NCBI GenBank assembly: GCA_964016885.1
Contig: OZ024740.1
Location: 161,510,001-161,574,000 of the forward strand
Length of the DNA stretch: 64,000 nucleotides
Source: Eledone cirrhosa
Lineage: Eukaryota
Direction of reading: 5' to 3'
Each line of letters opens with the position of its first letter. Position 1 is the stretch's first letter. This document shows, piece by piece, positions 12,341 to 24,299 of this stretch. The notes beneath the pieces were generated by a model, which saw nothing but the letters and a program-made list of their open reading frames with translations, was not told the DNA's origin and did not search any database. The translations under genes were made by a program, and so were the position numbers.

Positions 12341-13185
12341 TTACCGTCATTACTGATACAAGATTACCAGATTATGTCAACTGTTGACTTTCAAGAGTTT
12401 GTATAGTTGAAGCCGATCGTATTACAGTCCAGTATTACTATAATTGCTTTACAGCATAGAGTTATGGCTCTCCACGGAGTCAACAAAAGAGAGTACCAGT
12501 GATGCGCTGGCCAGTCGCTGGATCCGTGCCAAAAGCAGAAAAATTATTATTAAAGTTGTTCTTAAGGTCGCTGGTGATGGTGATGGCGACGGCGGTGGCG
12601 GTGGTGGTGGTGGTGGCAGTTGATGTTGTTGTTCTTAATTAAGTTTTTAATTAATTTTTGTATTCTGAAACATCAAAATACAACAATTTGTTGGTTACTG
12701 GACTCGGGAATGTCACGACAGAAGTTTGTGGAAGTTACACAAATATTTTAGTATATTTTAGCAGAGCAATCCTTATTTATATTTTACATTTACTTACATC
12801 TCAATATAACATGGCTAGAATTCAAATTTTGCTAAGAGAAGAAAACGGTCAAATGAACTAGATACATCTCACTGTCCACACCACCACAATAACGTCTACA
12901 CTCTCTCCCCACCATCACACGTCATTACCATACCATACCCTATCGAGACTAAAGTCATCGACCTGTTGTCAAACTCTCTACTCTCTGATGAATGTATATA
13001 TATATATGTGTGTGTATGTATATGTGTGTATATACATCACTCAGTCAAACAACCAGATTTCAACCCCAACATCTACAACAACAACAACACCGGCACTAAT
13101 GTTTACAGCAACAACAGCTTCAGAATGAACTGAAATGAACATTTACAACAATTACAACAACAACAACAACAGCGGCATCAAAACA
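12341..13185. repeat. Diverged duplicate of 22881-23727, with its second half inverted
   Basis: 12341-12633 matches 22881-23260 in direct orientation; about 12718-13185 is the reverse complement of about 23295-23727. Confidence 0.8.
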
Positions 13186-13296
13186 TAAAAAAAGGAAGGG
13201 AAAAGAAAAAAGAAAAGGGAAGGGGAAAAAAAAAAAGGAGAAAAAAAGAAAGGAAAAAAAAAAAAACTCAAAATAACAAAACACACACACACACAC

Positions 13297-13352
<56 letters not shown>

Positions 13353-13429
13353 CAGAACAACAACAACATGCATATACATACACATATATATACACACACA
13401 CACAACCATACAAATACACACATATATAC

Positions 13430-13482
<53 letters not shown>

Positions 13483-13524
13483 AAAAGGTATGACACCGAC
13501 GGCACGCTCGAGCCGTTTCGACGG

Positions 13525-13549
<25 letters not shown>

Positions 13550-13574
<25 letters not shown>

Positions 13575-15475
13575 TACACATATATATAAAAATACACATA
13601 TATACACACACACACACACTAATATACACACACACATATATACAAAAGGTTACGACACCACCTTAATAAAAATACACACTCACATATAAACACACACACA
13701 CACACATATATATATACACACATACATATTCATACAGATATATATAACTATATACACACATACATATACATAGAGATATATATAATTATATACACATATA
13801 TATATATATATATATACGGCTTTGTTAAAAATGTCTAGAGACGAAGATAAGGTAGAAATCCTACGGCTAATATTGGGAATAAGATTTGTTTAAACTATAG
13901 GGGGATGCCAAGACTCTTTGTGTATAGATCTAAGATTTTCGTTAGGTTTATGATAAGGTTTAAAAGAGGCAGTAAGTAGATCAAGATTAATGTCAAGAAA
14001 GTTAGCATTGGCAAGGTTCGTATCTATAGTAATTTTAAGGTTTAGATTAGCAAAAGTTTTGATTAAATCTTTATGGAATTTATCAAGGTTATGGCCGTTG
14101 GTGGTATGAGAAACTGCCAATCCGTCGTCACGGTATAAACCGATATTATGGGAAGGAAATTTCTCTTTAAGGCTTTGGAGAAGGAATAATCCTACTAAGT
14201 CACACACATCCGCACTGTCATATGAACCCATTGCAACATCAAAAGAGTTTTCAGGGTTTGACCTTTTAACCCGAATACTTTCATTAATAAAGAGTAGAGT
14301 TTTCCTAGCATGAAAGATAATGCCTTCTTCTAATTTAGAAATATTAATGAAAGGTGTTGCAAAATCTAAGGCTTTAGTTAATAAGGAAACAGTAACAGAG
14401 GGGTAAAAATCAACAATATCAAATTGGTTAAATCTACACTTATCTTATTTTTACCTTGTATATTATTAAACCAAGTCTAAAATCACCAATTCTAATCGTA
14501 CGAGAATAAATCCAGGATGCAGTTGCAGGAAGCCGGATGAATGCCCATTACAAGGTAAATATAATACCAAATCTGTTGTATATGAGGCCAAAGTGACACC
14601 TTTGATTAACAACCAGCCAGCCAGGAGTGAACAATATGTTGGCATGACTCAGGACAGGTTCAAAACCAGGTTTTATGCACATGTCGCTTCTTTTAAACAT
14701 TCTGATAAAAGAACAGCAACGGTTCTCGCAAATAAGGTGTGGGAATTCAAAGATAAAGACATCCCGTACTCTATCGATTGGTCTATTTTAGACTATTCGA
14801 GGGAATACCAAAGGGGCACAAAGAATTCTTCTTTGTGTACCACTGAAAAATGTAGGATTCTACAAAACTGAAAGCCACTTCAACTTACCTGAACTCCAAG
14901 ACTGAGATCTTCAGATGTTGTCCTCACCTGAAATCACATCTGATCTGTAACTGGATTGACATTCCTACGATGACTCAACCACATTGAACTTCTTCGCTGC
15001 TCTCTTACATCTACTACGATTTTTATTACTCTCTGAACTCACTTTCTGTACTCTTATATTCTTTTTCTCCTTTATCTCCCCTTATATTTAAACTTTTTCC
15101 TATGTTATTTATTTTCCTTATTCCCCCTTACTTTCTACCTTACCCTTTACATACCCACCTTTTTTATTTATAGATATTTATTTCTGTGTGTATGTGTGTT
15201 GTGTATTTATGTATATATATGTATATATATATATGTATATATATATGTGCATATAATTATATATATATCTGTATGTATAAGTATGTGTATATAGTTATAT
15301 ATATATCTGTATGTATATGTATGTGTGTATATATGTGTGTGTGTGTATGTGTGTTTATATGTGTGTGTGTATTTTTATTAAGTGGTGACGTAACTTTTTG
15401 TATATATGTGTGTGTGTGTATATTAGTGTGAGTGTGTGTATATGTGTATTTATATATATATATGTATATTTATAT
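13550..15475. mobile_element. Rearranged PLE (probably Hydra clade): RT fragment on minus (about 13815-14470), linker and GIY-YIG on plus (about 14480-14950), inverted simple-sequence tails
   Basis: MGSYDSADVCDLVG and GLYRDDGL (13890-14231, minus); CSCRKPDECPLQG (CxCx5C) and YVGMTQDRFKTRFYAHVASF (plus); 13640-13680 is an inverted match of 15365-15405. Confidence 0.8.
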
Positions 15476-15612
15476 ATTGTTATACTTTGGGAGGGTCATG
15501 TTGCCAATAAGAAACACACGCACCCTGTTGCTTTCACTTCAATTTATTATAATAAATTTATAAATTTCCGGTTGGTTGGTTGGTTCCACAACCAGGTGGT
15601 TGTTTATATATT

Positions 15613-15655
15613 GTCAAAGTTCTTTCGTCACACATTCTGTGACCTCTTCAGTAAC
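15613..15655 (-). ncRNA. Minimal type I hammerhead ribozyme
   Basis: Reverse complement reads GTTA-CTGAAGA-G-GTCACA GAATG TGTGAC-GAAA-G AA C-TT-TGAC. Confidence 0.72.
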
Positions 15656-16342
15656 TGGCGATTCTTTTCTTTGTTTTTTGTGCCTCTCCTTTGTTCTGTC
15701 CTACGCCATCTTGTTTCTGTGTGTGTGTTGTGTACTTAGTTTGCGCATGTGTTACATGCGGGTGACTGTGTGTGTTTATATTCGTTTATTTATTTGTTTA
15801 TTTACATGTTACTGGTTGGTTGTTTGTTCTATGTGCGTGTGTGTTTTCATTTTGTCCTTAATTGTAAGTTATGATGTTACTGTTCCACTCATGTTTTCTA
15901 TTTAATTTTGGTTGTAATTCATTTATGTTTATTGCCTCTGTGATTTGTCAAAACCATTACGTCTTTTCTGTGTGTAGATTCTATTTTTATTTCTATGTTC
16001 TCTAATTTACCCTTATGTTCTATTTTAGCACGTTGGTAGAGTACAGATGATTCTTTACTATCTTGAAGGTCTCGCCAGTGTTCATTTATCCGTTCCCCTA
16101 TACTAAGAGCTGTCTCACCTATGTACACTATATTTTTATCTCTACATTGTCCTTCAGTACATCTTATGCTATATACTACATTTCTAGTTTTACAGTTAAT
16201 ATGGGGGCTTAATTTACAGATTATACATTTCTTATCTATACAGGGAGGTCTTTGAAAAGGGTATGTCTTGCTAATAAGTGTTTTTATGGAGGTACCTGGT
16301 CTTTCTACTATCTTAATATTGAGTTTATGTTTATCTGAAGAG

Positions 16343-16385
16343 GTCACTGAAGAGGTCACAGAATGTGTGACGAAAGAACTTTGAC
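16343..16385 (+). ncRNA. Minimal type I hammerhead ribozyme at the start of the inverted pLTR
   Basis: GTCA-CTGAAGA-G-GTCACA GAATG TGTGAC-GAAA-GAAC-TT-TGAC. Confidence 0.75.
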
Positions 16386-16576
16386 AATATATAAACAACC
16401 ATCTGGTTGTGGAACCAATCAACCAACCGGAAATTTATAAATTTATTATAATATTTGAAGTGAAAGCAACTGGTGCGTGTGTTTCTTATTGGCAACATGA
16501 CCCTCCCAAAGTATAACAATATCGGTTTCAACACACGTTTTCAGATAAGGAATCTTGCTAAACAAATTCAGAAACG

Positions 16577-16624
<48 letters not shown>

Positions 16625-16626
<2 letters not shown>

Positions 16627-16805
16627 GTTTCTACGTTAGGTACAAGGCCAGCAATTACCCAGTGTATTACTGGTACTTTATTTTATCGACCCCGTAAGGA
16701 TGAAAGACAAAGTTAACCTCGGCGGGATTTGAACTCAAAATGGCAAGGGCCGTAACTCTATGCGTCAAATCATGGCGTCCGACCCTCTACCAATACTGCC
16801 AATCC
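16625..16805 (-). mobile_element. tRNA-derived SINE, family A
   Basis: B-box GAGTTCAAATCC plus the core CTTTCATCCTTACGGGGTCGATAAAATAAAGTACCAGT; many copies in the window. Confidence 0.8.
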
Positions 16806-16849
16806 AGTGTCGAAACGTCATGAGCTCTGCAGTCGGGGTTATACTTTTT

Positions 16850-16903
<54 letters not shown>

Positions 16904-17100
16904 AACCAAAGATGTGGCTTCGACTCCCATGTACGGCAACACTCATCTTTTTCCATTTCTCCGAGGGTTATAAACCCCACTATCAGGCTAGAAATTTCTT
17001 TAGTCTAAAATACGGTGAAAGCTTATAATTTCTAATTTCTAATTTCAAACTCGCGCACCGTTTCAAAAGCATACTTACATGTTTACGTTTATAATTTGCT

Positions 17101-17153
<53 letters not shown>

Positions 17154-17164
17154 ATTTGTATGGT

Positions 17165-17196
<32 letters not shown>

Positions 17197-17410
17197 TGTA
17201 TGTATATGCATAATTACATACAGAGTGATTTAATGTTTATTTTCATTGATTATTTGCTCCAAGTACTTGTTGAGTGCTCTAAATCAGTTATAAACATTTA
17301 TACCTTTATCTAATTATTTATTTATTTATTATTTGTCGTATTCCCAACTATTTGTTCACCCCTTCCACCCTTTTATTTTTATATATATACAATATTTATG
17401 TATTTTCTTA

Positions 17411-17473
<63 letters not shown>

Positions 17474-17605
17474 CTCGCACCAACCTGAGGTATCTGATTT
17501 TTAATGCGATGAAATACCAATGATGGTTGGAAAATCACTGACGAAGGACTATTTTTATTATATGTAACCCATGTGCAAACCACGCAGTATTCTTCTTTCT
17601 TCTCG

Positions 17606-17647
<42 letters not shown>

Positions 17648-17650
17648 CCT

Positions 17651-18279
17651 TTCTTCGGAAACTATGTTTATTCCCTCTCAGAAACTAATTAGTTGGAGTG
17701 AAATTTTAGTAAGTAAGTTAATTTTTATAATTTTCTTATTTTACGTCTCTCATATTATTGTTCTGCATCCCCATGCATTGAACCACAAAGTTACTAAGAC
17801 AAAACCTATATATTTGCTAGCATAGGTATGCATCTGTATATATATATGTTAGTAGATATACTAATTCTTTATAATTATTTCCAAATTATTTTGTCGAGCC
17901 AAAATTGGCCAAAACTGCTACTATAGTTCATAGTAACGGTCCGGCTGCTGTCTTCTCAACAAACCACTCTTCACTGATTGACTTCGATGTCACGTGATTG
18001 ATTCTTTTGAATTTGCCACCGACGCAGTAGGCAGTGATTTTTTCAATGGCTTGGAACTTAGTCCACGCTTTGCTTTTTTCCATCCACTGAATTATTTTTG
18101 TATAAGTTCACTGTGTCCACGTATTGCCTGGAAACTTAGCTGAGAATAGACTTCCCTGATGACGAAAGGCTTCTCCGTATGTTTCTTCGGAAACTATGTT
18201 TATTCCCTTTCAGAAACTAATTAGTTGAAGTGAAATTTTAGTAAGTTAATTTTTATAATTTTCTTATTTTACGTCTCTC

Positions 18280-18283
<4 letters not shown>
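17651..18283 (+). mobile_element. Partial tandem repeat (532-bp period) with an HHR-like motif, bounded by (TA)n
   Basis: 17651-17755 matches 18183-18283. ACTTCC-CTGATGA-CGAA..TTCG-GAAA-CTA...TAG-TT-GAAGT at 18150-18231. Confidence 0.6.
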
Positions 18284-18345
<62 letters not shown>

Positions 18346-18816
18346 GTAGGTATATGTGTGTATATATATGTATATATATATATATATATGTGTGTATGTG
18401 TGTGTATGTATATATTTATATGTATGTATGTGTATGTGTAAATGTATGTATTGCTTACCATGTGTGTTTTTTCTTATTTATTTGCGTCCTTTCCTGTATC
18501 GCTGTCAACTTTATAATAATTTTTATTTTTATTTTCTTAAGTCGTATATTTTTTATTTTTATGTGACGGCCTATTGCATTATATGGTTGTCCATTGTTTT
18601 TTATTTTTATTTTTTAATATTATTTTTTCTTATAATTAATTGTGTCTGTGTGCATGTAGGTGTGTGTACATATATCTATATATGTGTGTGCGTATCTATG
18701 CGTGTATATATGTGTGTATGTATGTGTGTGTATGTACGTGTGTATATATGTATGATTATATATATATACATGTATGTGTGTTTGTGTATTTGTGTGTATG
18801 TGTATGTATGGATATG

Positions 18817-18885
<69 letters not shown>

Positions 18886-18892
18886 ATGTGTA

Positions 18893-18960
<68 letters not shown>

Positions 18961-19103
18961 GTTTATGTATATGTGTGTGTGCATGTGTGTTTATCTACTT
19001 TTATATTTATTCTTTTTCCTTTCCTTCTTCCTTTTCCAGCCTCACTTTCATATAGATTATATTTTGTTTTTAAAATCCACTGTCAATAAATACACCAGGA
19101 TTT

Positions 19104-19164
19104 TTTCATTCTGATGACTGAAAGCAAATTTTGTTTGCTTTCAAGAAACCACTGGTAAATGAAA
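19104..19164 (+). ncRNA. Type I hammerhead ribozyme
   Basis: TTTCATT-CTGATGA-C-TGAAAGCAAA TTTTG TTTGCTTTCA-A-GAAA-CC ACT GG-TA-AATGAAA. Confidence 0.82.
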
Positions 19165-19257
19165 TAATTATCTTATGTTGTTTATTACATAACTATTAAG
19201 CTCTGTAACCTACATAGAGCACTCTTTTTACCTGGACCTTTCCGACGGAATTACTTC

Positions 19258-19294
<37 letters not shown>

Positions 19295-19298
<4 letters not shown>

Positions 19299-19814
19299 AA
19301 AGAATAGAGGTGTAACACACAAGTTATTATATATTGGTAAACGGAATAGAAAATGCTGACAAATTGTTCACAGTTGAAAAATGGTTTAATTAGGAATAAA
19401 AGAGTATTAGTGATTGTATGGGTTAGTATTCAGTTGTGGTTTTAAGTTTTTAAGTTTTTAAGTTTTTACCGGTTGCGCATTTCTAAATGCTTTTCAAAAA
19501 TAATTTTGAGATAGAGTGTCCGTGCTGTTTGCTCTGATCTGATTAGTTTTGGGAATTCTACCTGTTTTTATGTTAAAAAAGTGGCTCCAGCGTTATTTTT
19601 GTGTTGCAAAAATGCTTGTGGTCAAAATAATTTTGATTGGTCGGTAGAGGTCATGTGAATGTAAAAAGTTGATTTTGCGCCAAGACTGTTTTTATGTTAA
19701 AAAAGTGGCTCCAGCAAAAATTCTTGGTCAAAACAATTTTGATTGGTCGGTAGAGGTCATGTGGATAAAAAATTGGTTTTGCGCCAAGATTGAGAAATGA
19801 CTCTTTCACAACAA

Positions 19815-19894
<80 letters not shown>

Positions 19895-19960
19895 TAGTAG
19901 TAAGGTGTTCGATGCTGCGACAATGGCCAGCAGCGATGTGTGTCAAATGGCTATTAAGAT

Positions 19961-19995
<35 letters not shown>

Positions 19996-22376
19996 GCAGA
20001 GTAATACGATGGTCAGTAAGAATGTGTCTGAAAGCAATGGGGGGTATTTTAGCATGTCAAAAGATATTTTTCAGCTTTTGTCTTATACGGAGAAGTGCGT
20101 GTGTGTGTGTGTGTGTATAAGTCTCTTTGTATGTTGATGTACGCGTGTGTATGTGTTTGTGTATATATGTGTGTGGGGGGGTGGACCTGCATTTTTTCCC
20201 CCTGGTAAAATGGTGTACATTATTCGATTTTTTTCAGTAAAGTCGGTTCTCTTAATAGAACATCAAAAATCTTAACAATAAAAGGTGTGAAATGATATTC
20301 ACTATATATATATACACACACATATATTCACTACATATATATATATATACACATATACATACATATATATGCGCATATATTTTTTTGTATTGCACCATAG
20401 AGCATGTGTGTTTACGTGTGTCATTGTGTTTATATGTGGGTAGAGATGTGTGCTGATGTAGGTATGTATGTTGACGTGTGTATGTTGTGGGTTTGTCTTA
20501 GGGAGAAGTGTTTAGACGGGGTCCGTATTTGTTAATGAAGTAAGATTCCTTGCTGATGCGCTGGGTGTGGGTGGCATTATCTTTAAATTTGTAGAGGGGA
20601 AAGATTCTGAAGTTGGGATGATTATGGGCGGCACAGGTATCAATGTGTTCACTCAGTGGTATTTTCCTGTATTCCCGTATTTTAATTTGGGATCTATGGA
20701 CAGTCATGCGTTGGCGGAGGCTTTTTTTTTGGTCTGGCCTATGTATTGTTCTCGACAACCTGAACAAGTTAATACATATATTAGATTTTCCGATGCACAT
20801 GTGAAATTGTGTTTTACTATAAAACGTTGTCCATCTTTGAAATAGAATTCCGAACCCTCTATTAGGTTGATGCAAATGCCACAGTTGGGTCTATCGCATT
20901 TTTTTACTGTGGGTTTCGTTGTTGTGGTTGGCAGTACTTTGGCATGTGTTAAGATGTTTTTCATTGACTTGGATTGTCTTTTGCTCTTTATGATATCGTG
21001 TGTTCGTAGAATTTGGTTCATTCTATGGTCCTTTTTCAATACAGGGATGTTCTGGAGGATGGTGTCAAAGGCCTCATTGTTGAGAGGGTTGTGTGTGGAG
21101 ATGTATGGAAGAGCTTTTAGTTTTGGTTGATTTACTTTAGGGTGTCTAAGGTCCTGGGTACTGAGTTTTAGGGCACGTTGGATTCCATTGTCAATTAGTG
21201 ATGCAGGGTAGTCCCTGCCTATGAGTGTGTCCTTTAGTTCTTGTAGCAGTAAGTAGCAGATGTTTTTATTGGAGACTATAGTACAGATTCTCTTGGCTAA
21301 GTTGTAGGGAATATTAATTTTAACGTGTCTAGGGTGGCAAGAGTTGAAGGGGAGATATTGCTTGGAGTCTGTGGGCTTGTAGTATATGTCTGTTTCTATT
21401 TTTTTGTTATGGATCTAAATGAGGATGTCGAGGAAGGGGAGTTGTTGATGGCTGTATTCCATCGTGAAGTTAATATTTGTGTTGAGCCCATTTATAAGGG
21501 TGTGAAATTCTTTAAGTTTTTCGATGTTTTCGTGCCAAAGGATGAAGCAGTCATCTAGATATCGCTTCCAGTTCCTTTCAATGTGTAAGTGGAGGGTGTT
21601 TCCAAATTTGTTTAGTACTTTAGTGTAGAGGGTGATTTCCAGGTATCCCATGACTAGGTTGGCATAAGTAGGGGCTGTTTTCGTTCCCATAGCGGTCCCA
21701 GATTTCTGCCTGTAGGGTTTGTTATTGAAAACGAAGTAATTGTTCTCCAAGATAAATTTGAGTCCCTCTATCACGAATTCTTTTTTGATGCGTTGTGGGA
21801 GTTCATTGTGGAAATTATCCAGCCAGAATTGGATAGCTTCTATTCCTAGGTTGTGGGGGATGTTGGACTATAGGTTGACTACATCGAACGTCACTAGTAG
21901 GGTTTGTTCAGAAAGTGGCATATTAGGGAGGTGATTGAGCATATCTAGGTCGTCCCTTATATAGCTTTTGATGTGCTTGAGGAAGGGTTTGAGAAGGGTA
22001 TCAATGAAATTGCTAAGACGGTGCGTTTCGCAAGCGGGGTCTGCTATTATAGGTCTTAATTTGAGATCATTGGGTGAGGGGACATTGATGACTATGTCTG
22101 TGGCTTCCTTGCATGCCTTACTGATTGATTCGCTTTTATGTACTTTAGGGATACCGTAGAAAAGGCTGGATTTACTTGTGAAGTCTGTGATGAAGCTGAA
22201 TTCCTTGTTAGTGAGTCCTTCTTTGTATTGGTTGATTAGAGTCTTTAGGTTTCTCATAATTTTCTGTTGATTGTAGTGTTCAGCCTTTTCGTAGTATGTT
22301 TCGTTTTCCAAAGTGGAGAGCGCTAAGTTGATATAGAATTCTGTCTCCATTAGGACTACTGTACTCACACACACAC

Positions 22377-22465
<89 letters not shown>

Positions 22466-22861
22466 TACACACACACACACACACATATTTGTTGTGAAAG
22501 AGTCATTTCTCAATCTTGGCGCAAAACCAATTTTTTATCCACATGACCTCTACCGACCAATCAAAATTGTTTTGACCACAAGCATTTTTGCAACACAAAA
22601 ATAACGCTGGAGCCACTTTTTTAACATAAAAACAGGTAGAATTCCCAAAACTAATCAGATCAGAGCAAACAGCACGGACACTCTATCTCAAAATTATTTT
22701 TGAAAAGCATTTAGAAATGCGCAACCGGTAAAAACTTAAAAACTTAAAAACTTAAAACCACAACTGAATACTAACCCATACAATCACTAATACTCTTTTA
22801 TTCCTAATTAAACCATTTTTCAACTGTGAACAATTAGTCAGCATTTTCTATTCCGTTTACC
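19295..22861 (-). mobile_element. 5'-truncated Neptune-like PLE (RT, Cys linker, GIY-YIG) flanked by an inverted pair of pLTRs
   Basis: LRPIIA, FDVVNL, GTAMGTKTAPTYANLVMG, WKRYLDDCF, LPFLDI, CDRPNCGIC, LIYVLTCSGCREQYIGQT. About 19337-19820 and 22485-22861 are near-identical inverted repeats. The ORF carries several stops and frameshifts. Confidence 0.9.
22697..22733 (+). ncRNA. Degenerate HHR (U3-A8 core, GAAA changed to GCAA); mirror copy at 19464-19500 on minus
   Basis: TTT-TTGAAAA-GCATTT AG AAATGC-GCAA-CCGG-TA-AAA. Confidence 0.5.
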
Positions 22862-23427
22862 TATATATATATATATATATATTACCGTATTACTGATACA
22901 AGATTATGTCAACTGTTGATTTTCGAAAGATTTCGTATAGTTGAAGCCGTTCGTGTTACCTTTCAGTATTATTATAGTTGCTTTACAGCATAGAGCTACG
23001 CCCTCCACGCTCCGAGCTCAAATCCTGCCGAGGTCAATCTTGTCTTTCATCCCCACGGAGTTAAAAAAAGAGAGCACCAGTAATGCGCTGGGACAATCGC
23101 TGGCTCCGTGCCAAAAGCAGAAAAATTATTATTATTAAAGTTGTTGTTTTGTTAAGGCCCGATCGCTGGTGATGGTGATGGTGGTGGTGGTGGTGGTGGT
23201 GGTGGTGGTGGTGGTGGTGGTGGTGGTGGTGGTGATGGTGGTGGCTGTTGATGTTGTTGTTGCGTTGTGTGTGTGTTGGGGGGGGGGGGTCATCGTTTGA
23301 TGCCGCTGTTGTTGTAAATGTTGTTCATTTCATTTCATTCAGAAGCTGTTATTGCTGTAAACATTAGTGCCAGTGTTGTTGTAGATGTTGGGGTTGAAAT
23401 CTGGTCGTTTGACTGAGTGATGTATAT

Positions 23428-23458
<31 letters not shown>

Positions 23459-23871
23459 CACACACACATTCAACAGGTCGGTGACTTTAGTCTACAAAGG
23501 TAATGACATGTGTAAATGTAAATATGGTGGTAGGGAGAGAGTGTAGACGTTATTGTGGTGGTGGTGGCAGTGAGATGTATCTAGTTCTTTTGTCCGTTTT
23601 CTTCTCTTTGCAAAATATGAATTTTAGCCATGTTAAATTGAGATGTAAGTAAATGTAAAATTTAAAATATAAATAAGGATTGCTCTGGAAAAATATGAGA
23701 AAATATTTGTGTAACTTCCACAAACATCTATCATATTATTCCCGAGTCCAGTGAGCAAAAAGCTGTTGTATTTTGATGTTTCAGAATGCAAACATTTATT
23801 AAAAATTTACCCCACGAAAAGACAGCGTGTATTGTCCGATCTATAAGCTCCCTTATATATATATATATACA

Positions 23872-23951
<80 letters not shown>

Positions 23952-23957
23952 ATATAA

Positions 23958-24043
<86 letters not shown>

Positions 24044-24045
<2 letters not shown>

Positions 24046-24244
24046 CGGAAGAAATGTGGTAAGGAACCAGGTAGACCATAACGCACCAAAGTACTCAATA
24101 CTTAGGGTAGTAGAGTGGGTAATAGGAACGAGTAGGACCCCGACGGCTGAGCTCAAGCCGTTTCGACGGCTAATTCTGGACTGGAATCAGTCCAGAATTA
24201 GCCGTCGAAACGGCTTGAGCTCAGCTGTTGGGGTCCTACTCGTT

Positions 24245-24250
<6 letters not shown>
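24044..24250. mobile_element. Fold-back pLTR fragment (family F) containing HHR 3' halves, in (TA)n
   Basis: Palindrome 24122-24249 centred on GACGGCTAATTCTGGACT/AGTCCAGAATTAGCCGTC; same family as 39651 and 53080. Confidence 0.75.

Positions 24251-24299
<49 letters not shown>

Larger units (their letters stand above)
15476..16521 (-). mobile_element. 5'-truncated PLE (Cys-rich linker and GIY-YIG) with 3' pLTR and an inverted pLTR copy at the 5' junction
   Basis: NVVYSIRC...VYIGETALSIGERINEH; 15476-15651 and 16347-16521 are inverted repeats, each with an HHR. Confidence 0.88.

Noticed and set aside
18264-19114. Long YI/CV/HT-repeat ORFs here and at 23731-24322, 34770-35736, 45080-45569 and 62099-63761
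   Set aside because: These are translations of (TA)n, (TG)n and (TACA)n microsatellites, which lack stop codons.
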